From: Octopus vulgaris
Lineage: Eukaryota
NCBI GenBank assembly: GCA_951406725.2
Contig: OX597814.1
Span: 21,886,001-21,950,000 of the forward strand
Reading direction: 5' to 3'
Length of the DNA stretch: 64,000 nt
The notes beneath the pieces were generated by a model. That model worked only from the letters and a program-made list of their open reading frames with translations. It was not told the origin of the DNA and did not search any database. The position numbers and the translations under genes were made by a program. Shown in pieces: positions 55,284 through 62,115 of this stretch (its first letter is position 1; every line of letters begins with the position of its first letter).

Positions 55284-55712
55284 ATTAAGTAAAAATGAAA
55301 GAAATCTAAGATAATTTGTTGCTGTTGAAATAACCCAAACATTTCAATGTTTACAATTTTACAGAACCCAAACAGCTGGCCTCGGTGGTTTGAAACATAA
55401 CACAATTATGATCGGATGGCCCTATGGATGGAGACATAGTCCTGAGCAGAAGAGCTACAGGGTCTTTATAGGTAAACCAATTAATTTCAAAATAATTACT
55501 ACTGTGATGTCTTGGCTCTTTTATTTTGAAAGCTTTATTACCTTGTTTCTCATAGCTGGCATCAGAAAGGATGATCAGTCTTAAAAATCATTGCCTCATC
55601 TGATCCATGCAAGCAGGGAAAAGTATACATGAAAATAATGGTGCTGATAGGCTTCCTCATATTTAAGAGGATTGTATACATCTACTTTCTTGCCTTCTTA
55701 ATTGTCTGTGGG

Positions 55713-55748
<36 letters not shown>

Positions 55749-56744
55749 CCCACACTTTATGTCTGTCTTTGTATTGTCCCCCTCATCCTTTGCCCTTGTG
55801 GCAAATAAATGAAATCATTCTTCTTCTTCTTTTTCTTCTTCTTCTTCTTCTTCTTCTTCTTCTTCTTCTTCTTCTTCTTCTTCTTTTTCTTCTTATTATT
55901 ATTATTAAAGATATTACACAGTATACAATATCATGAGGTTATTAATTGAAGATATTGTACTGCTTGTCAGGTCACAGCAAGGACCTCAGACAGACAGCAC
56001 TTTGAGCAATATACGTGCAGTTCCAAGTAATGCCGACTTTTGCAATACACCTATATTGTGGGGTATTTCTGAAGTTTTCAGATGGTTTTTCAGATTGGGT
56101 GGTATTGAACCCAATGTTCCCATGACAACAGGGATAACCTTTATGTTTGACTCTCGTAGCTACCACTTCTTAGCGATCTCAATTTGCAGGTCTCCATATC
56201 TATCAGCCTTTTCTCTTTCTTTCATGATGATATGTTGATCTCCTGGCACTGCCACATCAATTATTAGGCACTCTGGTTTGTAACTCCTAAAGGTTATTAT
56301 ATCTGGCTTTCAGTGCTCTAATACCTTGTCTGTCTGGAAGTCAAAGTCCCAGAGGATTTTTGTCTTCCCCTTTTCGTCCAATACCTTTTCCAGTGTATCT
56401 TGGTACCAAGCACCCATAGCCTCATATAGCCAGTGGAGATTTTGGGCTACCTTGTCATGTCTATGCTTGTACTCTTTCTGTGCAAGTCTTTCACAAGCAC
56501 TAACCATTATTATTATTATTATTATTATTATTAAGGCAGTGAGCTGACAGAAACGTTAGCACTCCGGGTGAAATGCTTAGCTGTATTTATCTGCCGTTAC
56601 GTTCTGAGTTCAAATTCCACCAAGGTCGACTTTGCCTTTCATCCTTTCAAGGGTTGATAAAATAAGTACTAGTTGAACACTGGGGTCAATGTAATCAACT
56701 CATCCCCTCCCCAAAAATTGTTGTTTTGTGGCAAAATCTGAAAC

Positions 56745-56784
<40 letters not shown>

Positions 56785-59700
56785 TAAGGCAGTGAGCTGG
56801 CAGAATTGTTAGCATGCCAGGCATAATGCTTAGCAGCATTTCATCCATCTTTATGTTCTGAGTTCAAATTCTGCTTAGGTCACCTTTGCCTTTCATCCTT
56901 TCAGGATTGATAAATTAAGTACTATTGAAACACTGGGGTCAGTGTGATCAACTAGTTCCCTACTCCAAAATTTCAGCCTTTGTGCCTATAGTGGAAAGGA
57001 TAATTATTATTATTTATCAATCATACGTCATATGTTACTCTTATCTATCTGAATATATGATAATTTTAGTTACATGTGTTAGTCTTGTATCTATTTTCAA
57101 ACATAGACCTTTGCTAAACTTTTGGTCCATGGATGATATATTTATGTCTCATCCAAACTATTATCTTGTCCTAGTGACTTTAATATTTGTTACCACTCTC
57201 ATAGTTAAGAATATAATTGATACTGTGTAACCATTACTTGCATGAGGAAACATAATAAAAATTTCTGCCAAATAAAATTATAAATTCATACTCATCAACT
57301 CTCAATGATGTTGAAGTAGTTATGTGACTTAATAGTCATGATACTAAGACAAGATTCTGACAACTGGATTAACAAAGAGCCTTAATTGTGCATTTAAGGA
57401 ATGTCTAATAAACAGTTATCAACTATACACTGTTTAATTTTTTTTTATTACCAATTTTTGTTATATGACTGTCGCAACATAACTGATGACTACATCAAAC
57501 TAGAACTCTCCACACTTCAGAAAGTATCCTCTGCCATCTCATGTTATTCACTCCACAGTTTCTATCATCTGTGTTTCTCTCTTAACATATCCCACACATC
57601 TGGTTTTAGCAAGCCCATGCTATCTTTATTCCTGTTCGTATTATATTTGTCTTGATCTTTAAACATATGTTGATGACTATCATGTATGAAGAGATGATAA
57701 AAGTGTCCTTTTGAGTTGTGTCTTAAATGTGAATACTAATTTGATAAGACAAAAAAAACGGTTATAAGCATATATTCAGTTAACAACAAACATATTTCTT
57801 TTAAAATTTCTTTTTGGCTTAAATGTAATTATGTTTTTTTTTTATATCTCTTTATAGACACCATCAGGAATGTTGCTGGTGCCCAGTTGGCATTAATGGC
57901 CGTAAAAGGCATTAACCAGTTCCCAGTTAACACGCAAAAACTAACCGGAACCATAGATGTCTGGTGGATTGTTCATATCCTTGAAATTAAAATTAATAAT
58001 GTATAGAATTAATTGAGCTAACACCTTTATCAAAGTACAAAAATACATTCATATAAGTTAGAAATACTTTCATCTTTCTTGAAATAGCTTAAATAATTAT
58101 ATCTAAAAACCTTAATTTTATTTTATCCAATTTTTTGTTTGTTTTTTAGCATGATTAGACAGATGTAAAAGGAAGTAAATTTTCCATTGTGTTAAAGCAA
58201 TCAGTAAATATTTTTAACATCATAACTTATAGATATCCTTATCTATATAGCTTAGATCCTTCTAGAAGATTTACATCTCCCTACTGACCGCTAGCATTCC
58301 AACATTTACAAGATAATAGCAATTAAAGCTGTTGATGTCTTGAGCTCAATGGAAGTTCAGTGATTACTTTGGGTAAAATAAACATGCATATGTGTTTATA
58401 CATGTGCATGTTTAATCTCCCATTGATATAAGATGGCTGATAATGATTTTAATAAAAGGTCAGAATTTTCAACATATAACTGGAATGTAAGAGAGATGAA
58501 AAACAAAAGTACCCAAGAATTCATTTAAGGTAAACAAGAGAAACATGATCTCAAATAACAGAATAATTATAATACCGGTGAAGAGAAAGTGTCAGATATC
58601 TTGTCTTTATTTTAACATCTGTTTGGTACCATGGAGAAAGCACCTACACCAGTGCCATGTAAAAGCACCCATGCCACTGCTGCATAAAAGCACCTAGTAT
58701 ACTCTATAAAGTGGTTTGTATTAGGAAGGGCATCCAGCCATTGAAACCATGCCAAAACAGACATGGATCCCAAGCAGCTCTTCAGCCAACATGGAAAATG
58801 GACATTAAATGATGATGATGATTTCCTGTTCTAGATTGGATGAGGAGTTTAAAAAATACTGATTTTACAGTATGTGTATTATTGACAATATTTTATTAAG
58901 GTTTATTATGTGAGTATATGAATTTAACTGTCAGATCATCATCATCATCGTTTAACGTCCGCTTTCCATGCTAGCATGGGTTGGACGATTTGACTGAGGG
59001 CTGGTGAACCAGATGGCTGCACCAGGCTCCAATCTTGATCTGGCAGAGTTTCTACAGCTGGATGCCCTTCCTAACGGCAACCACTCCAAGAGTGTTGTTG
59101 GTTGCTTTTACGTGCCACCAGCACAAGGGCCAGTCAGGTGGTACTGGCAACAGCCACAAAAAAATCGTGTTTTTTTTATGTGTCACCTGCACACCAGCAC
59201 AAGTGCCAGTAAGGTGACGCTGGTAATGATCATGTTCAAATGGTGCTTTTTACATGCCATGGATATTTCTATAAAAAAAAAAAGATAAAAGAAAAATCTT
59301 AATTAATAAGAAAAGTATGTTTAAGTAAATAAACTTGAATAGTTAAGATGTTCGATAAAATGTATTTGTCAATTTTATTTTTAAGTATCAAACCATCGAT
59401 ATATATCAAGATCATTATATGAAAGTTTAAAAAATCAATTTTTTCTTTTAATATCATATTGTTTTGTATATTTGGCTTTTCCCCACAATTATTTGCCTTA
59501 ATTTTGATTATATGAAGGAGGTCTTTTGATGTTGTTGCCCTTCCTGCTTAGACAACACAAAGTCTGGAAAAACTGCAAACTACGGATCTTCACAGTAGCC
59601 CGTATCCTTTGAAAGACCAAAAGTTCAACATTTACACCAAATATTTTTGATATCTAATTTTTCAGGGAATTTGTGTATATTCACAAATCTGAAGGAGGTT

Positions 59701-61586
59701 TTGTTGGGTGTTAGTAAGTATCCCTTACTTTTTGAAGTGGATACAGCTTACATTTCAGGATATATGCCATTCAATATAGTGTAATGAATAAAGGGTGGCA
59801 AAAGTGAATATTTGCTAAGGACAGGAATTGGCATTGGAGAGGAATTACTGTGAATGACAGATGTAAGAGTGAGGTGAAGGAGGAGAGCTAAGAAAGAGAG
59901 GGTTGGTGTGACAGCTGGCTGCCAAATGGCTGATAGTGTATCTAGCTAGCAATGTGTTGTCTGAATTACTTAGTGAGTGTTACACAAAGAGATATGTCTA
60001 GACATCTAGTGAGGCACAACTAAATAGACAAGCACACAAAATGTTAAGCACATGTAGTCAGTGAGTGTACAAATACAACGAAACATAATGTCTGAAAGGA
60101 GTGGAGAAGGATAGGAAGACAAAAGCTGTAAAACCAAGGAGTAAAAAAGAAAAGAGTGAAGTGTTGAAACTAGAGGAAATGAAGGTAAATGTTCATACAA
60201 GTAAGAGCAAAGGTTCTCAGTTCAAAATTGACCTGTTGTGCTTTTCAATTATTACATTGGTATATTCCAAACATGGGTTGACTAGATGTGAAGTGGTGAT
60301 TGACAGCTTTCAGGATGCTTAGGATGGTATTAAGGACATTGAGCAGATGTCTAGGACTTGTTACTCACATACAAAGTCTTGCAGAACAGCATGTAATACA
60401 GTACATTAGATTAGCAAAAGTGCAATCAAAATGGTCAAAAACGGGTAGTTTACTCAAAGCCATATAGAGTAATGATGCTGGGGCTGAAGTGGGGAATATA
60501 ACATTAAGTGCAGGAGGAGCAGGCAAAGGTTCCAAGTTAGGTGTTAGGGACTTTGGAGTCAGAAATTTTACAGAGATTTTTATCACTTTTGAAGAGGAGT
60601 AGGTAAGACTTCGTAGAATATGGGAGCAGTAGTTAGGTCAAACTGTAAAAAAAATTTCAGAAATTATAAGGAAGTGAGTGAAAGATGAGGATGGAAGGGA
60701 ATGTATGCCACAGGTTAGCAGTTCAAGACATAGAAGAGCAGTGGTGCAGTTAATGGTGTGGGCGTAGCAATACCAGTGGAAGTTTGTGGCTACATTCAAA
60801 AGACGGTGAGACAATTCTTGAAATCAGAGGCTATGGAAGAATAGATCTTTTAAAGCTAAATATTATCAGTCTAGTGCCATCAGTACTAGAGAGTTTGTCT
60901 ACTGAAACCAAAGAATTTCCCTTTCCTTCTATTCTCTATGAGCTTTTATTTGGAATAACTGCTTTGCTGAAGGGGTTGCCCCTGCTACAACTTACTGTGT
61001 CCTCATCCTTGTTAGTAATTCTTGACATATCCCATATAATAAATAATTGAAAGAAAACAAGTCTGAAAGTGGGAGTGAGCTCTAAGGATTCTTTACATGT
61101 GCACAGCATTATTATAAACAAATAGTTATATTTAGTGGCTGTTTGGCTGTTGCAACTTTTCCAGTCATGCTTTTTTTACACAGGATTTTTTTTAACACAG
61201 TAGATTTTTCTACAAAATAATAATTTCGTGGTACTGAATTAACTGCCTTAAAATATTTTAAACGTGTGAGTGTGTGTGTTTGTTTGAGAGATTCAATAGA
61301 AAATCTAAAATAAATTAAATGGATTGCATTTTCTTTTGTTTGTATATTCTGAGATTAAATTCCTTTATGTTGACTTTACCTTTCATGTACACAAAATCAA
61401 TAAAATAATACCAACAATTTGCTGGGATCAATATACCATTCATTCAGTTTTTGGTATTCTGTATTTGTTATTTTCTTAATAATACACTTCTTAGAACTGG
61501 AAGATAACAGTATTCAAATGGAAAAGGATCTTAACCAATACATGTATAACTTACGTATTGAAGCTGAAGTTAAAATTGTTGAGATG
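1464..61586 (+). CDS. KCC: K+-Cl- cotransporter (KCC; SLC12A4/5/6/7-like), partial multi-exon CDS: join(1464-1604,8564-8662,23092-23149,26327-26445,28413-28587,29510-29608,31435-31554,33943-34047,37144-37232,42721-42800,48226-48314,55365-55471,57858-57974,59512-59601,61495-61586)
   Basis: Manual splicing gives one frame with matching intron phases (1580 nt). It contains the KCC motifs [88 protein letters not shown] and EDNSIQM. Confidence 0.96.
1829..2125 (+). mobile_element. tRNA-derived SINE, family D (second copy 22153-22456)
   Basis: A-box GGCCCAGTGG and B-box-like GTTTTGATTCC; two dispersed, highly similar copies. Confidence 0.8.
2870..3030 (+). mobile_element. tRNA-derived SINE, family A (other copies about 9475-9900, 14738-14870, 62345-62500 on +; 21425-21755, 45430-45575, 52195-52315 on -)
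   Basis: Head GGAGTGGCTGTGTGGTAAG...GGGTTCA, followed by an internal (TA)n/(TG)n tract; many dispersed copies. Confidence 0.85.
3551..3775 (+). mobile_element. tRNA-derived SINE, family C (other copies about 4133-4330, 40848-41230, 56532-57005 on +; 2200-2418, 6365-6583, 7745-8090, 31826-32052, 51955-52190 on -)
   Basis: Head AAGGYGGTGAGCTGGCAGAAT...GAGTTCAAATTC; core GCCTTTCATCCTTTCRGGGTYGATAAA; (ATT)n tail. Confidence 0.85.
3896..4076. mobile_element. Inverted-structure insertion of the hammerhead-bearing element (family E)
   Basis: Minus-strand tail followed by plus-strand GACAC-CTGATGA-A-GGCTG..CAGCC-AAAACGTT; degenerate TSD ATGATAATCTCA/ATGGTGATCTCA, in a host repeat seen intact at about 4370-4925. 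Confidence 0.7.
5857..6290 (-). mobile_element. Family B retroposon with (GAT)n tail and 5' tandem array (about 20 copies, e.g. 625-828, 8760-9106, 15105-15630, 16810-17112, 25215-25615, 30080-30412, 36745-37110, 39678-39988, 43060-43395, 58640-59260)
   Basis: Shared body GAGTGGTTGGCRTTAGGAAGGGCATCCAGC and tail CCAACCCATGCYAGCATGGAAA...GATGATGAT. Confidence 0.85.
6033..6282. repeat. 62-bp tandem repeat x4 within a family B element
   Basis: GCCACC recurs at 6041, 6103, 6165 and 6227; units are nearly identical. Confidence 0.92.
8095..8430 (+). mobile_element. 3' end of a CR1/L2-like LINE (second copy 28920-29228 on -)
   Basis: [11 protein letters not shown]...[16 protein letters not shown], the typical post-RT C-terminus, plus 3' UTR and (ATT)n tail. 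Confidence 0.8.
8564..8662 (+). CDS. KCC: KCC exon ([33 protein letters not shown])
   Basis: CAG|GT acceptor; ends at U12 donor T|GTATCCTTT. Confidence 0.95.
9475..9900 (+). mobile_element. Full-length family A SINE
   Basis: tRNA-like head, internal microsatellite, and 3' part ending GAAACAAGTAAAAGA, which is shared with 21425-21600 (-). Confidence 0.85.
10800..13060 (+). mobile_element. Decayed CR1/L2/Jockey-group LINE ORF2 (APE endonuclease + RT)
   Basis: [61 protein letters not shown]; many stops and frameshifts. Confidence 0.9.
13272..13363 (+). repeat. 92-bp exact direct duplication of 14247-14338
   Basis: Identical by eye from TAAACTCTTTAAGCTG to TTTAAACATTAAA. Confidence 0.85.
16460..16742. 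repeat. Compound (TA)n/(TG)n/(CA)n microsatellite, one of many in the window
   Basis: Direct inspection; source of the YIYI pseudo-ORFs. Confidence 0.95.
16743..18811 (-). mobile_element. Putative non-autonomous Helitron with nested family B copy and internal ~140-bp duplication (17421-17677)
   Basis: On the minus strand it reads A|TC...hairpin(ACCCGC/GCAGGT)..CTAG|T; pairing of the two ends is inferred. Confidence 0.5.
19355..20230 (+). mobile_element. RTE-clade LINE reverse transcriptase fragment
   Basis: ORF 19677-20060 has [23 protein letters not shown] and FIDMEKA; downstream GVH*GSVLS is disrupted. Confidence 0.9.
22153..22456 (+). mobile_element. tRNA-derived SINE, family D
   Basis: Colinear with 1829-2125. 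Confidence 0.8.
23092..23149 (+). CDS. KCC: KCC 58-nt exon ([20 protein letters not shown]), not in ORF track
   Basis: U12-like branch site TATCTTTAAC about 10 nt before TAG; donor AA|GTAAGT; phases fit both neighbours. Confidence 0.93.
24537..24790. mobile_element. MITE / fold-back element with ~90-bp imperfect inverted arms
   Basis: 24537-24630 aligns to the reverse complement of 24700-24790 (TATCATTTAATGTRCACAGTAT...ATGGGTCTAGGYAGGTTTT). Confidence 0.75.
26327..26445 (+). CDS. KCC: KCC exon ([40 protein letters not shown])
   Basis: TAG|A acceptor; G|GTTTG donor; TM8 motif. Confidence 0.95.
28413..28587 (+). CDS. KCC: KCC exon ([15 protein letters not shown]...[11 protein letters not shown])
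   Basis: CAG|GA acceptor; AT|GTAAGT donor. Confidence 0.95.
29510..29608 (+). CDS. KCC: KCC exon ([33 protein letters not shown])
   Basis: AAG|G acceptor; TG|GTAAGT donor; TM10 motif. Confidence 0.95.
31435..31554 (+). CDS. KCC: KCC exon ([40 protein letters not shown])
   Basis: TAG|G acceptor; GG|GTAAGA donor; TM11-12. Confidence 0.95.
32660..32945 (+). mobile_element. tRNA-headed short element with hammerhead ribozyme motif (family E)
   Basis: B-box GTTCGATTCC at 32718-32727, (AAT)n linker, GACAC-CTGATGA...GAAACGTT-GTGTT at 32812-32858. Confidence 0.75.
33943..34047 (+). CDS. KCC: KCC exon ([35 protein letters not shown])
   Basis: CAG|T acceptor; AG|GTACGT donor. Confidence 0.96.
34255..34622 (+). 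mobile_element. Helentron/DINE-1-like non-autonomous element
   Basis: Subterminal inverted repeat ACCTCCGCC/GGTGGAGGT, (GTTT)n tract, 3' hairpin GCACTC..GGGTGC, TT flanks. Confidence 0.6.
35249..35476. mobile_element. TTAA-flanked (piggyBac-like) MITE; inverted copy at 42827-43039
   Basis: TTAA-CCCTTTTGTTACC ... GGTATCAAAAATG-TTAA terminal inverted repeats. Confidence 0.65.
37144..37232 (+). CDS. KCC: KCC exon ([30 protein letters not shown])
   Basis: CAG|G acceptor; G|GTAAAT donor. Confidence 0.93.
37398..37618. mobile_element. Tc1/mariner-type MITE; inverted copy at 43521-43738
   Basis: TIR ..AAAAGTTCCTGGCTTT / AAAGCAAGGAACTTTT..; TA flanks. Confidence 0.7.
37972..40117 (-). mobile_element. 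hAT (Buster/Charlie/SPIN, GTF2IRD2-like) DNA transposon with degenerate transposase
   Basis: TIR CAGGGGTCACCAG/CAGGAGTCACCAG; 8-bp TSD ATTTAGAA/ATTTAGAG with central TA. ORF fragments [44 protein letters not shown]. Nested family B copy at 39678-39988. Confidence 0.93.
41445..41955 (-). mobile_element. Fragment of an RLE-type non-LTR retrotransposon (R4/Dong-like)
   Basis: Minus strand reads [11 protein letters not shown]...[21 protein letters not shown]...LIDMAVP. Confidence 0.7.
42721..42800 (+). CDS. KCC: KCC exon ([26 protein letters not shown])
   Basis: TAG|GT acceptor; CAA|GTAAGT donor. Confidence 0.93.
43850..44190 (-). mobile_element. tRNA-derived SINE, family F (uninterrupted copy)
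   Basis: Colinear with 48907-49060 joined to 49557-49743. Confidence 0.8.
45627..46023 (-). mobile_element. Non-autonomous Helitron inserted in (TA)n
   Basis: Minus strand A|TCTTTATATA...GC-rich hairpin...CTAG|T. Confidence 0.7.
48226..48314 (+). CDS. KCC: KCC exon ([30 protein letters not shown])
   Basis: TAG|GCA acceptor; CT|GTGAGT donor. Confidence 0.93.
48390..48906 (-). mobile_element. 3' end of an RTE LINE ORF joined to a family B body and tail
   Basis: [14 protein letters not shown]...EGSR..RPRKTW (ORF 48667-48918), then family B motifs. Confidence 0.8.
49061..49542. mobile_element. Head-to-head inverted duplication of family E (hammerhead-bearing) with 14-bp TSD
   Basis: ATTAGTTGTGATGT at 49047-49060 and 49543-49556; about 200-bp inverted arms centred near 49268. 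Confidence 0.88.
49404..49449 (+). ncRNA. Minimal type I hammerhead ribozyme motif
   Basis: GACAC-CUGAAGA-A-GGCUG(gaggguauau)CAGCC-GAAAC-GUU-GCGUU. Confidence 0.65.
50590..51150 (-). mobile_element. RTE-like LINE C-terminal fragment
   Basis: LRRFGHAA...[21 protein letters not shown] (ORF 50687-50983). Confidence 0.75.
51471..51702. mobile_element. Partly inverted retro-insertion with 11-bp TSD and A-rich tail
   Basis: AGATATTTTTA at 51460-51470 and 51703-51713; inverted arms 51471-51506 and 51597-51632. Confidence 0.7.
51902..53546 (+). mobile_element. Mariner-like transposon with degenerate transposase and two nested SINEs
   Basis: TA-flanked TIRs TGARGTG..TTCGAAAAGYATYTGAC; [41 protein letters not shown]. 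Confidence 0.9.
55365..55471 (+). CDS. KCC: KCC exon ([36 protein letters not shown])
   Basis: CAG|A acceptor; G|GTAAAC donor. Confidence 0.94.
55905..56500 (-). mobile_element. 3' fragment of an RLE-type non-LTR retrotransposon (R4/Dong-like)
   Basis: [24 protein letters not shown]...[24 protein letters not shown]. Confidence 0.8.
57858..57974 (+). CDS. KCC: KCC exon ([39 protein letters not shown])
   Basis: TAG|AC acceptor; ends at U12 donor C|ATATCCTT. Confidence 0.92.
57975..59511 (+). other. U12-type intron with apparent AT-AT termini
   Basis: 5' splice site ATATCCTTG; branch TTTGCCTTAAT 10-11 nt before the terminal AT; no AC near the branch site. Confidence 0.8.
59512..59601 (+). CDS. 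KCC: KCC exon ([30 protein letters not shown]), flanked by two U12 introns
   Basis: Branch site TTTGCCTTAAT at 59492-59502; acceptor TAT|AT inferred from protein conservation; donor C|GTATCCTTT. Confidence 0.88.
59602..61494 (+). other. U12-type GT-AG intron
   Basis: 5' splice site GTATCCTTT; branch TTTTCTTAAT about 15 nt before the AG. Confidence 0.88.
60150..60900 (-). mobile_element. Possible decayed Penelope-like element (GIY-YIG region)
   Basis: [16 protein letters not shown] resembles the FxCxSxNxIYCIxC motif of PLE endonucleases; boundaries are uncertain. Confidence 0.45.
61495..61586 (+). CDS. KCC: KCC exon ([30 protein letters not shown])
   Basis: Branch site TTTTCTTAAT at 61471-61480, TAG|AA acceptor; ATG|GTAAGA donor. 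Confidence 0.94.
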
Positions 61587-61724
61587 GTAAGAAATTGTTA
61601 TTGTTTCTTGATTTTAATGTTTTTCATCTGCTTTATATTTTCCCCACCCTTTCAATAATGTACAGATTTTATATTTCATCACAGCTAACAGTTGTTGTCA
61701 AAAATAATATGTGTTTATAAATAA

Positions 61725-62115
61725 CTAGCACTATCACCCGGCGTTGCTCGGGTTTCTTTCGACCCTTTAGAATTGGAATTTTTGGAAAGTAAAAATTTTG
61801 CATTATGTAGCTTGTTATTCTCTTTAAGTGAACATTTTTCTGGTTGAAATACACCGAAAAATGGCGACACAGCAATAAAAAAATCGTAAAAAATAGGATT
61901 TTCATAGAAAAAAAGCACCTTTTTGATGTAAATAATTTTTGGTATTAACATGGTCCGATTTGAATTTTTTCTTCTACGGAATGAAGAGCAAGCCTTCTTC
62001 TATCATACTCTCAATTTTGGTCAACTTGCACCGCAGGGTCTCAGAGGAGATAGTGTTAGTTGAAGGCTACCAAACCTGCCATACACAGACAACTGCAGCT
62101 TTATATATACATAGA
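61725..62115 (-). mobile_element. Non-autonomous Helitron
   Basis: Minus strand A|TC...CCCGAGCAACGCCGGG hairpin...CTAG|T; the 3' end matches 45627-45655. Confidence 0.75.
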
